Position numbers and translations under genes: made by a program
Notes under the pieces: model-generated
Seen by the model: only the letters and a program-made list of their open reading frames with translations
Told to the model about the DNA's origin: nothing
The model's database searches: none
Shown: positions 36,201 through 45,443 of the stretch, in pieces
How positions within the stretch are numbered: the first letter of the stretch is position 1
Layout of the letters: each line of letters begins with the position of its first letter
NCBI GenBank assembly: GCA_001643675.2
Contig: LSRY02000052.1
Span: 569,479 to 633,478, forward strand
From: Monocercomonoides exilis PA203
Taxonomy: Eukaryota; Protista; Preaxostyla
DNA length: 64,000 nucleotides
Direction: 5' to 3'

Positions 36201-39200
36201 CGCATTTTCAGTTGCAACAATCATCTGAACAGTCAAGCATGACTGCAATTCCCGCAGAATCTCCAAAAGAACAATATTCTTTGGCAGCCCAGAGTTATCC
36301 GTCGGTCTCCTCAACTTCTGTACCTGCTGTTCCATCCTCATACACTTCATCTGAGCATCCAATTACCTTAGAACTGAATAAGAATTCTTTAGCACAGCAA
36401 ACATCTTATCTGCCTTCTTCGACACAACCCACAACAGACAATTCAGTTCCAGATGGATGTTTCCCTGCGTCTCGCTCCAATGACGAAAGAAACGAGATCG
36501 TTCATAATCACTCATTAAATCATCATCCTCATAATTACCAGCATTTGCCTGCTTATGCTACATATCCAGCCAACTCGGTGGAACAAACATCACCAAAAAC
36601 GCAAATGAACCTTCAACTTCATTCGCAACACATTCAATCTGTTCCGACCTCTGATTCTTTATCTGCATCTTCTTCATCTTTCACTCGCCCCAATATGTAT
36701 TCCTCTGATACAATTGCTGCTTCAACACAGCTTGACTCTCAGCTTCTCACAGTCACAGCTGCACCTTCCCATCCAGCTAACATTCCAACAGCCATTCCGC
36801 CTCTTTCTTCGCCTGAAGCGCTTTTTGTTCTTCCAACAACATCCTCTCACAGCATCGAACCTTTCCTCATTCGCGAACCATCATCTACTTCGTCTTCCCT
36901 CCCAGCTGCTGATCAGCCGCATTCTGTGTCTTCAGCACTTCCACACTTCCCTTCATACACACAAATTTCCGATGAACCCCCTCCAAAACAAAGCTTAGCA
37001 CATCAGAAAGATTCGAACATTCATCAGATAGAGAGCAATTCAGATGGTTTAACACAAGCAGCTCAACCTGAGTCTCCAAAGAAGCTTAATTCTACTGATC
37101 ATACACCAAATAGAAAGCGCAGAACATCCAAAAGATCCTCCAGCAGACATCATCGACATGCTCACTCAACGACACGAGACCCAAAAGAAAAGGAGCAAAT
37201 GCCTCGTGTTCTTTCGCAACCTTCTTCTCCAACGAAGCAAGCTGTTCCAGAGACTTTCAATCATCAAGAATCGCATCAAAGGAGTGATCGAGAAACAGAA
37301 ATTGAAAGAACCACAAAAAAACAGACTTCTTCTTCTCCTTCAAAGAATAAACTTCGATCAAAATCGCCTGAAATTTCAGCATCATTTTTACCATCTTTAC
37401 AAAAAAAAGAGACGATCGTCGATTCTTCTTTGGCAGGCAATCCAGCGACTTCAAGCACCTTGAGGCATCAATCAAATCCAGACCACATACGAATCTTGAA
37501 TGCAGTTATCCCGATGATGGGAGACCTCGCTGTCAATTCACCTGCTGACCCTTCTCTCGATATGTCAACGCAAAGTGCAGCTTCCACCAATTCTGGTTTG
37601 TCTCCTCACTCGCTCGCATCTTCGCTCGCCTCTCTTTCCCCGTTCATAGGATCGCTTCCCGAGACCACTGCCTTCACACAGCATGTATTCCTACAGCTTC
37701 TGAATGCTCTATTTGCAGAAGATATTCCACCTGCAACACAAATCGGTAATGTTGATGCGATGTGCGGAATCCATGTGATGGAAGAGTTGGAGACTCTGTG
37801 CATCGAGAAGAGGAGAAGAGGAGAAGAGAAACTTGAAAAGAAGGAAGAAGACGAAAGGACGGTGAGCCAAAAAGATATACACAAAATGGAACCCACATGT
37901 TTTGGAGCTCGACTGATGAATGTATTACTTGATATTTCTGAGGTCAATGCAATTAGCAAACCATGGGCGCATCCTCTTTCAGGATCAAGGCCAACTGATA
38001 ATATTCATCTTCCACACGAAACTCGTTCACAAAAATCTCATTCAAATGTTGTCTCTCCATTTTCTTCTCCCAAAAGACAGAGGAGATTAAATGCATCATC
38101 TGCATCACCCCCACAACGTCTCCGTCAGGTGAATTCAACAGATGAAGAACCAAAAATGATAGCATCGCTGAGACGGTCTGTCGCATCGTCAAAGACATCG
38201 TTCATTAACCAAGGTCAAGCTTCAGCAGAAGCATCGGCCACTTCTTCGTCTTTTGATGATTTTGGTGAAGAAGAAAAGCACCGCTGGTGTCTCACTCTGC
38301 TTTCATCGCTCTTGCTGCTATGGCTAATACCAATGCTACACAAGAATAGACGATCAGATGCTTGGACAGAGCTGAAAGCGTCAGAAACTGACAGCATTTC
38401 TTCATCTTTCACACCTTTCACTGAGCGATCGATCTCTTCGGATGCAAGCTCTGCCTCTGAGCAAAAGACGGAGAAAGATGACTGCAACGAATTATTGTGT
38501 ATTTGCTTAGAAAGGATTAACAATTGCATTCAGTACGCGCCTTCTGGGCTTGTTATTCCTGAATTTTTCCACAATCACGGTATCGCTTTCATTTCACCTC
38601 TTCTTCTTCACTCTCGAAAGCCAACAAGCACATCAACATCTTTTCATTCCACTTCATTCATTTCATCTCTCCGAATTGTCAGAAAGGCTTCTTTGATCCT
38701 TCTCTCACTGGCACGTTTTACGCAACCTTCTTTGACTCTTCCTCCACCGCTTCTTCCTTCAGCATCGTTTGCATCGTCATCGTCTTCCTCTCATTCTTCT
38801 TCGTATTTTCTTGCTACCTGTTCATCTGCCTGGCTCCAAACTCTTCTTTATCGTTGCCTCCACCGTTGCTTACGATATAACTTTTCTGTTGAGTCAGAAG
38901 TAGCACCTTCTCAGGAACATGAGAACATTGGATCTCAATCCAAATTAATGCTTTCTAATGGTTACGGCGAAGCTTCATTTGATGAATCAGCTAGCCAGTT
39001 GAATGATGACATCATTAAGTCGCTGTGCATCATCATTGAAAGAACGACAAAGTCTCATGAAATTGTGCGTACTCTCCCGACTAGAAGCAGATTGTTGCGG
39101 CTTTTGTCAGAATATCTCAGGGTAATTGAACACAATACAAGAAATACACAAAATTGCAGTGAATCTCTTTCCAGAGAGCAGACTCTGCTTCTTGCTAATC

Positions 39201-39238
39201 TAAGGTCCATCATTCGTAATCTCACTCTTTTAGATTAA
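33254..39238 (+). CDS. Uncharacterised ~2000-aa protein: acidic tract, long coiled coil, S/P-rich linker, helical C-terminus
   Basis: Uninterrupted ORF. First ATG at 33254. D/E tract at ~34410-34860 and coiled coil at ~34980-35940. Confidence 0.85.
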   Translation: MSSNARLTHSTPVGPNSSFNISPPKDPASLDADYHNEPTFSPQVLNGLHRSQNQTPTSRASFPGGMTTPATPSSFWGGSLEDFEVSRVSLSSVKTPETSNARVITMSPVSTYSTNYPFDGSSLTTGIQKDITHPSKQPLPPTSILPPKLPPIDFERDEIYFPKEELSHFPSPLKEADDHNYDILGESPANTIYSSPSQTKNKSNEHSKILQPSRDVSSPEKSVRDKDDKINDNSHEPKSTSFSDAHVKPSDTNGFEMAYIGERKNEGQNVLHQKNPEMLMSHEDIASIKSKASYSNSEKDVSAFEDGGKIRKKAKKHSKKNENEKSLGLKNERKHCENKKPVEGKEEEENSDENISELKNNHLNKVKIGAKIKHRKNISQYKDKSEEDEAEPEEEEKDEEEKTEKEDNNEGDEDYTDDYIDDDDDDDEKEDDANEEEEEEEEEDEDNDDEEDEDDEMEEEETNKSEYGSQHDSSENKEDEADETEEEEDDDDQSATEETNGKSEVEDSKDETDEESDADTFTNDDNDDNENREYESSDEKAESIKSKNAKRKRKNNRENESFLEKSVRLRRNGKKKEAVMELFLAEVDELRETLRRKEEALDKREKMLKTQEIKQKNAKEKAERREKDNEPNILKSKLEDENEPEKEEKRKTTKAENELDEITQQVIEDTIKSAEAEWREERQLLNDSFEEELRKKNEELQKVKSQLKKEKANGERMKQWVDTLKKEKKAAVQEKEELNEKLQAMQKRSGVLERTVNVMKKEKKEKEEEVKKNEEERIREKESIRREMERMKATLRDKTKEDNLLRQEQQQDIEAKAKEIKELRKRMQEQTEQIANLQQKLSTTQHQKDELLRFLMKKEEQEKKEKQEAIMRIATEENEQRNEQKKVLERNEMEKDGSDSSSSAAVPQSEVEKSTQCTQTDFPENVQPEKKRKVTFQQNSSQPQFESNAIEASTAGTTSDAELSVPCSPPFSSFASSPTCKQPHFQLQQSSEQSSMTAIPAESPKEQYSLAAQSYPSVSSTSVPAVPSSYTSSEHPITLELNKNSLAQQTSYLPSSTQPTTDNSVPDGCFPASRSNDERNEIVHNHSLNHHPHNYQHLPAYATYPANSVEQTSPKTQMNLQLHSQHIQSVPTSDSLSASSSSFTRPNMYSSDTIAASTQLDSQLLTVTAAPSHPANIPTAIPPLSSPEALFVLPTTSSHSIEPFLIREPSSTSSSLPAADQPHSVSSALPHFPSYTQISDEPPPKQSLAHQKDSNIHQIESNSDGLTQAAQPESPKKLNSTDHTPNRKRRTSKRSSSRHHRHAHSTTRDPKEKEQMPRVLSQPSSPTKQAVPETFNHQESHQRSDRETEIERTTKKQTSSSPSKNKLRSKSPEISASFLPSLQKKETIVDSSLAGNPATSSTLRHQSNPDHIRILNAVIPMMGDLAVNSPADPSLDMSTQSAASTNSGLSPHSLASSLASLSPFIGSLPETTAFTQHVFLQLLNALFAEDIPPATQIGNVDAMCGIHVMEELETLCIEKRRRGEEKLEKKEEDERTVSQKDIHKMEPTCFGARLMNVLLDISEVNAISKPWAHPLSGSRPTDNIHLPHETRSQKSHSNVVSPFSSPKRQRRLNASSASPPQRLRQVNSTDEEPKMIASLRRSVASSKTSFINQGQASAEASATSSSFDDFGEEEKHRWCLTLLSSLLLLWLIPMLHKNRRSDAWTELKASETDSISSSFTPFTERSISSDASSASEQKTEKDDCNELLCICLERINNCIQYAPSGLVIPEFFHNHGIAFISPLLLHSRKPTSTSTSFHSTSFISSLRIVRKASLILLSLARFTQPSLTLPPPLLPSASFASSSSSSHSSSYFLATCSSAWLQTLLYRCLHRCLRYNFSVESEVAPSQEHENIGSQSKLMLSNGYGEASFDESASQLNDDIIKSLCIIIERTTKSHEIVRTLPTRSRLLRLLSEYLRVIEHNTRNTQNCSESLSREQTLLLANLRSIIRNLTLLD

Positions 39239-39397
39239 TAATGCTTCAAACAAAATTGCCCAAACTTTTCAAATAACTGAGAAGAGTTTTTTTTACTTCA
39301 ATAATAATACATAAAAAGATGAAATGGAATTCATATTTGAATTTTTTATGGAAAAAAATCCATGAAATGTTTAAATGTGATCCTAGAATTGAAGTGT

Positions 39398-39939
39398 TCA
39401 AGTGGATTTGTGAGATGTTTTCTCAAAGAATATAGCACAAAATACAAATGCAAAGAATATATAAAGCAGCATACATGTTGCTTTGGAAGACTATGCTTTA
39501 TTATTCGAGATGCAGCAGCAGTGTCCAGATTTGAATGAGACAACTGAGGAAACACTTTATAAATGATATGTTTTAATATTGCATTCAACAATAATTCAAT
39601 AATATTTGTTTCAGACCTCTTTGAGAGTGGGGATCCTGCCTCTGCAAGCGAATGAAAGCTCTTTGTACATCTTTTTGCCGCGGATCAAGTATCGTTGCTT
39701 CAAGTTCACGTCCATCCAAATGCAATAGCACTTTTAAATATATACTTATATATATAAATTGATTGATGATGCAAACTGTCTGTAAGCGACAAAATTGTCT
39801 CTGCCTTCAAAAGATTCAAGTGAGCTTGATCAAGAGATGAAGCCGATTGAATTAGTGCATCATCTTGTAGAAACGAGCTTGTTTTTTCAAGTTCAGAAAG
39901 ATATTTTGTTGCATCAGAAAAAGAAAACGAACTTGACAT
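39398..39939 (-). CDS. C1D: C1D/Rrp47 nuclear exosome cofactor (Sas10/C1D family), about 4 exons
   Basis: Spliced translation SSLDQAHLNLLKAETILSLTDMLLHLDGRE...KDVQRAFIRL...LDTAAASRIIKHSL fits the recalled C1D pattern (LEQAKLDL...YL.TQG...LDRGAASRFVKNAL). The last exon is tentative. Confidence 0.72.
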
Positions 39940-40102
39940 TCATAAATTTTTTATAATTTTTATTATTTTTGAAAATTTTTTTATTTCAAACAAGATGTAT
40001 TTCGTTAAATAAATAACATTTTTGATTGTCTAGTTCATAATGAAATAAAAGATCAAAGAATCTATAATTATTTGATTTAGAGTGTTTTTCCAATCCTTCC
40101 AA

Positions 40103-41139
40103 ATGATGAAATTCTTTGGTTTTGCAATTTTTGTATTTTTCGTTTTTCTAAAAGCATTGTTTCGCAAATATAAAGGAAAATCCACTCCAAAAGAAACAAA
40201 ATCTCTGGGGGAAATTACAGCTGGGGTTTGTTGCATTTTCGTGTTCTTATTGCAATAATCTTATCAATAAGCTATCTCAAAGGGAAAGTTATCTTGAAGC
40301 TGAAATAGAAAAAAAGAACAAATGCATAAATGATATTAAAGTAAAAATGCAACAAACAAATTCACAACAACTGAAAGCTCAATTAAAAAATCAGGCTTTA
40401 CCACTTTTGAAGCAAAGAAAAACGTTTGATGTTAAAATGATTATAATTTTGTTCAATTAATTGTTCCGATGTATTGTATAGACTTGAATCACAACTTAAT
40501 GCATTACGAGTTTGAAATATTATTTTATAATGAAAAATTGTTGATTCACTTTGATTCAAGACTCAAAACATGACTATTTCCTCTGTGCAATACTCCACTG
40601 AAAGCGCACAAGCTGCTGCTGAAACAGTTTGTAAATGTCTTGGATTTTCATTTTTTGCACATATACTTTTTATAAATTAGATGTCTGCTCTCAAAGTTGC
40701 TCAAAAGGAAATGGAAAAGCAATTTAAGTCATTTTCACCAGATAAAATGGAAGTTTGGCGATTTTTAATTTAATTTATTTTTTGACTAAGCATTATAAAT
40801 GTGAAGAAAATGCTAGACAAAATGTCTGGTATGCTTGAAAGAACTGAAGAAATAAATGAAATAATCGGAAGATCATACGACACAGACGTATTTGTTGATG
40901 AATCGGAATTAGATGCAGAACTTGAAATGATGGGGGATGAACTTTTAATGGATACAGGATCCGTGCCCTCTTTGCTGTCTGCTGAAATTGATGGTTCATC
41001 CAGCAATGCTGCTTCATCGCCTGAAGATGGCAGCAATGGTGGAGATGGAAGTCATAGTGGTAGCTCTGGAGGAGGAGGAGGAGGAGGAAGTGGTGACGGA
41101 GGTGCTGCATGTGGAGGTGGCCCACCTAAAGGTTTGTAG
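40103..41139 (+). CDS. VPS60: ESCRT-III Snf7-family protein, Vps60/CHMP5-like, multi-exon
   Basis: Spliced translation LKNQALPLLKQRK.LESQL...ETMSALKVAQKEMEKQFKSFSPDKMEKMLDKM...EEINEIIGRSYDT...DESELDAELE. The RSY...DE.ELDAEL motif is typical of CHMP5. The start codon is uncertain. Confidence 0.8.
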
Positions 41140-41972
41140 ATAATAAAAATGTATTTGCTTTTATTTGATGTGCACATATTTATTTGATAGATGTAATTGA
41201 TCAAGAGTTGCAAAATCTCAGCCTTCAATTGTAATTCACTTCAACTTCAAAAAAAATATATTTATCATTTTTATTTTTATTATTATTTTTTTGATTTGAG
41301 TTGTATTGATTTGATTTGATTTTTGTTTTGATTTTCTTCTTCTTTTGGTTTGGCTATTTGTTTTTAAGCTTATTGAACGAATGCTATTTTGAGGAATAAA
41401 ATTGTCGATTTTTCAAAATAACTTTTGAACATGTTTTATACAAATTTTATTGAGTAAAAATTCCAAATTTGAAAGATTATTATAATAGTAGTTAAGAAAT
41501 TTTTTGAGTTCTTTTTTTTTATATTTTATAATTATATCTTTTTATTGCATAAAAGATTGATATGTTAAAATTTACGGCATCTTTTTATCAAAGGTTATTT
41601 TTTTTGAAATAAAAATAATTGCAAACACTTTTATTCATTTGATCCTTTACTATTCTAAAGTATTAAATTCCAAAAACAGACGAAATTTGTTTTATGAAAA
41701 GCAATGAACTTAAAAGTTATTTTCTTTTTTTCGATTCTAATTTCTGTTGGTTAGATCACAGAAGAAATACAAGAGCGGCATTCGTTTCCTCAAAAGTCAA
41801 GCCCTTGTTTCGTTATTCTTTAATAAAAAACTGATTTTAGTTAAGCAAGGGAATAGGTGTTGGACTGCAATCTTTTCAATTTGTCGGATTATTAACGATA
41901 TTTGAATAATTGCGATATTTTTTGTTTGATGGACTTTAAATAGTTAATTGGATATATCTTACAATAAATAAA

Positions 41973-43460
41973 ATGAATTCATTAATTTATAACAGAACTG
42001 AAGATGAAATTCAAGAGCTGTCCCCTGTAAATAAGTTTTCAAGTTTGTTAATTTTCACAATTGTTTTAGAGGCACATATTTTTTGTACCAATTATTTTCT
42101 AAGAATTGTTCACTGAGCTGGAGTTTTGTGTTGAAATTGACCAGAAAGTTAAAATCGAAGAAATAAATGGACTTATGGAAGAGATAGGAAAAGAAGAATT
42201 TCGATATTTTTTCACAACAGAGCTGTTCAACAGAATAGACAAAATGATTGGAAAAAAGGAAAATATTAATGGAAACTGCACTTGCCTTGCTGAAGCATGT
42301 CGGGTATTTCAATATAATGAAGGGCATCCACAGTATTTTTTTTGATTATTCTTCATTGAGCAACAGATTTGAGAAGATGATTGCTGATGAAAATGAGAAG
42401 AAAGAAAGGAAAAATGAAAATCTACTGTTTGATCTTTGTGAATGTTATCTGATACTGAATGAAAACTTCGTTTCTGACGAATTGTTTACTGTTTGTTTTC
42501 GCAGCCTTCTTGTTGTTGCATCGAACAAAGAGGAAAACGAGGAAACACAAAAGGAAGTGGAAATGGCATTTCTTGCTTTGAGCTGCATTTTTGGATTTTG
42601 CGTATGAGAATTTCCGTTTAGCTTTTTGAGTTATTGTGTTTTCTTTTACTGACTTTAATTAGAAAACGCAAGAAGAACTTTTCAGGGAAAAAATCAAAGA
42701 AATTATCCACTTCCATCAGGAACGTCACAATCTTACACGAATTACCCATCAATCGGCTTGGCAGTTTTTGATTAACCGGACTCCTTTCAAAGAAAGAAAT
42801 TTGGAAGAAGTAATTGTGGATGAGCTACACTTTGCGAGAGAGGCAGCAAAAGAATTGAAAGAGCTATCGAAATCCATTGATTGGAAGAAAAAAAAGAAAA
42901 AAGTGGAAAAGATGAGAAAGAAGAGCTTTCTTTGTTGAGATGGCTTGTAACGCTTGTGAATTATTTTCTCTATTGTGGATCGAGGAACGAAGAATCTGAA
43001 CTGCTTATTAACAGCATTATTCGAGTGTTCCGAGCAGCAAAGAATAATCACAGAGATATATGCAATCAATGCATTTATTCCTTGGGAAATGCAGCGATAA
43101 ATAGATTTGTGAAGATTGATGCCTTACTGAAAGCCAAGGCAATTGATGTTGTTTTGGAGGAATTTCAGCAACAAACAGTGGATTACAAAATTGCGTATTA
43201 CGGCTTGATGTTTTAAATGACAGTTTCAAGGCAATTGAAAGGAAAGGATAAAGACGAAAAAAGAAAGCAAAAAAAAAAAGAAAAGAAAAGAAAAAAAGAA
43301 AAGAAAAGAAAAGAAACAAAAATGGAGTTACTTGAATAGATGGAAGAAGAAAGATACGATGATGTCATAGCATGCTTTCAAGAGATAATTAATTTTCTTC
43401 ACAGTAAATTTTATAATTCTTTATCATTGGATATTTCTGATTATTTTGTGAATGCTTGAG
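41973..43460 (+). pseudogene. Frameshifted member of the same lineage-specific multicopy family as 4347-5620
   Basis: Consecutive ORFs in different frames (42106, 42248, 42881) with LLKHVGY, DLCECYL and QKEVEMAFLALS. In-frame stops. Confidence 0.7.
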
Positions 43461-45290
43461 GAAATGATAAGTTATTTGGTTTGCAACAAAATAATATGTA
43501 GATAAATATTGCTTTGTTTGCGTTTTGCGAGCAGAAGTATAAATGTTTCAAAGCCATTTTTTCAACATATCTTTGATTGAAACTTAACAACAAAAAAATA
43601 TGAAAAATACAAATGGTTGTTCATTTGTTTTTTTTTTTATTTATTCAAAAATCTTCTTTAAATGAATTGTTTCTTTCTTGAAAAAAAAATTCACCTTTTA
43701 TTTGTTCTGTGAATATCTTTAACAACGTTTTCTGCGCATTTTCATGATAAATGTATTTTTCTTTATGCTTCCTGTGCTTTCTCCAACCCCGAATAATTTT
43801 ATAAAAATTGAAGAATGAAAGGGAAATGTATCGAGTGTGACTGTAATGCATGTATTTAATGAGAATAAAATGAAGAAGAATCCTGAGGATGAGAAATTGC
43901 AATTAAAATACAATTATAATAATAATAAGCTGTAAATGCTTCTCATTTGAAAAGCATTCCCTCCAATTCCTTACGAGGTTGATTTGTGTCTCAGAAAGGA
44001 AAAAACTACGTAAGATAATGCTTTCAATCACTCATTTTCTCTGGAAAACAGCAACAGACTTTCTGTCGATCACTGCTAACTGATTTTCCGGCTTTCCGAA
44101 AGGCAGCATCCGTGATGCTTCTGTGTTATTTTGGATTTCCCCTCCTTTGATCTCCCTGCGATTGTAGAACGTATCATTAGCTTCTTTAACAAAAAAAAAC
44201 TGTGTTTTCAAAAATATCTTTTCTTCTTTTTCTTATAAAACGATTTCGCCCTTCTTTCATTTATTTCCTTGTTGTTGGTCTTCCGTTTTAACTTAAACTA
44301 GGTTTGGTTGTTTTACAAAGAACAGTCAAGTGTGCTGAAGATGAACAAACTTGGATATGCTCTTTTCTGATGAAATGCGAATTTGTTGAAAGATATATGA
44401 GTAATTGCAATTCGCAACTTTAGTTGGAGTTGAAGCGCTAACCGTAGGAAAGTTAATATGGACTGCAGGTGCTCGGAAAAAGATTAATATCAGCTTCAAA
44501 GTGATTTTCCGAGTTGATCAAAATTTAAGTTGCAAGCCTATTTGAACGATTGAAATTGTTTTTCGTTTTTTATAGCAAATAAAGCACAATTAAGTTGTCC
44601 TGAGCAATAACATTCATGAAAATTTCCGAGAATTTTGGTAGTAATCGGTCTGAGTATCATTATATGTCAGAAATTATAAAAACTTAAAATCTCTAAAAAT
44701 AGGCATAGTTCAACATCCAGAAAATCACGTCAAAATAAGCATACATTGTTTATTCAAGAAGTGCATTTTCATTGTCCAACGTTGAAATTATTGCAACTCT
44801 CAAATACTCCAGATTAAAAGAATTTTCACGCAGTTATGATGAAAGGTCCAGGATTTTTAGCGTTGAATAATTGTCTAATATGACCCAGATATTCCAAATG
44901 GTAATTCGAGGAGGAACAAAAGTGTCTGTTCTTCAAACAAAACGGGTTTATAATGAATGCAAAGGAAAAGTAATAATAAAATCGCTCAAACTGGTTATAT
45001 GCAATGTAGTTGTAAATAACATGCAGATGACTACTCAAATATTCAACTAATTAGCAAAACGTCATCATCTAATTAGCGGTGCTGTTGTTTTCACATAATG
45101 AAGAAATGTAGTATGTAACATGATCATAATTTTCATCAAAATGAATTCTTGATAAAAACATTTCATTTTCACAAGAAAAACTCTTTTCAAAAAGTGGAAG
45201 ATGACATTGTATGGATTTTTGACCATTTATGATTTGCTGAATAGAAAATTCTCATTTTAATTTGAACTTGAAATATGTTCAATTATTTTA

Positions 45291-45443
45291 GCCTGGCTAT
45301 TGTAAAGATAAATGAGAGTATTGGTAAAGGGGTCATGCCTGAGAAGGACGGATTAGACGAATCCGAGTTATCAGAGGGCTGTGCGTCTCAGAGTGTTTTG
45401 TTTGCACGATTTACTGAGGCTTAACTCTGAATATTGTCCAATT
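45291..45443 (+). rRNA. Probable extreme 3' tip of a preceding 28S rRNA gene
   Basis: GGCTATTGTAA..GAGAGTA...TTGTTTGCACGATTTACTGAGGCTTAAC resembles the recalled LSU 3' end (GGTATTGTAAGCAGTAGAGTAGCCTTGTTGTTACGATCTGCTGAGATTAAGCC). It lies just before the spacer. Confidence 0.55.

Noticed and set aside
24187-38529. Many antisense and alternative-frame ORFs (poly-L, poly-E, F/S-rich)
   Set aside because: Shadows of low-complexity codon usage in the two giant plus-strand genes.
43900-45250. Possible decayed coding or transposon sequence next to the rDNA junction
   Set aside because: Looks weakly coding but has no sustained frame, motif or terminal repeat that I can support.
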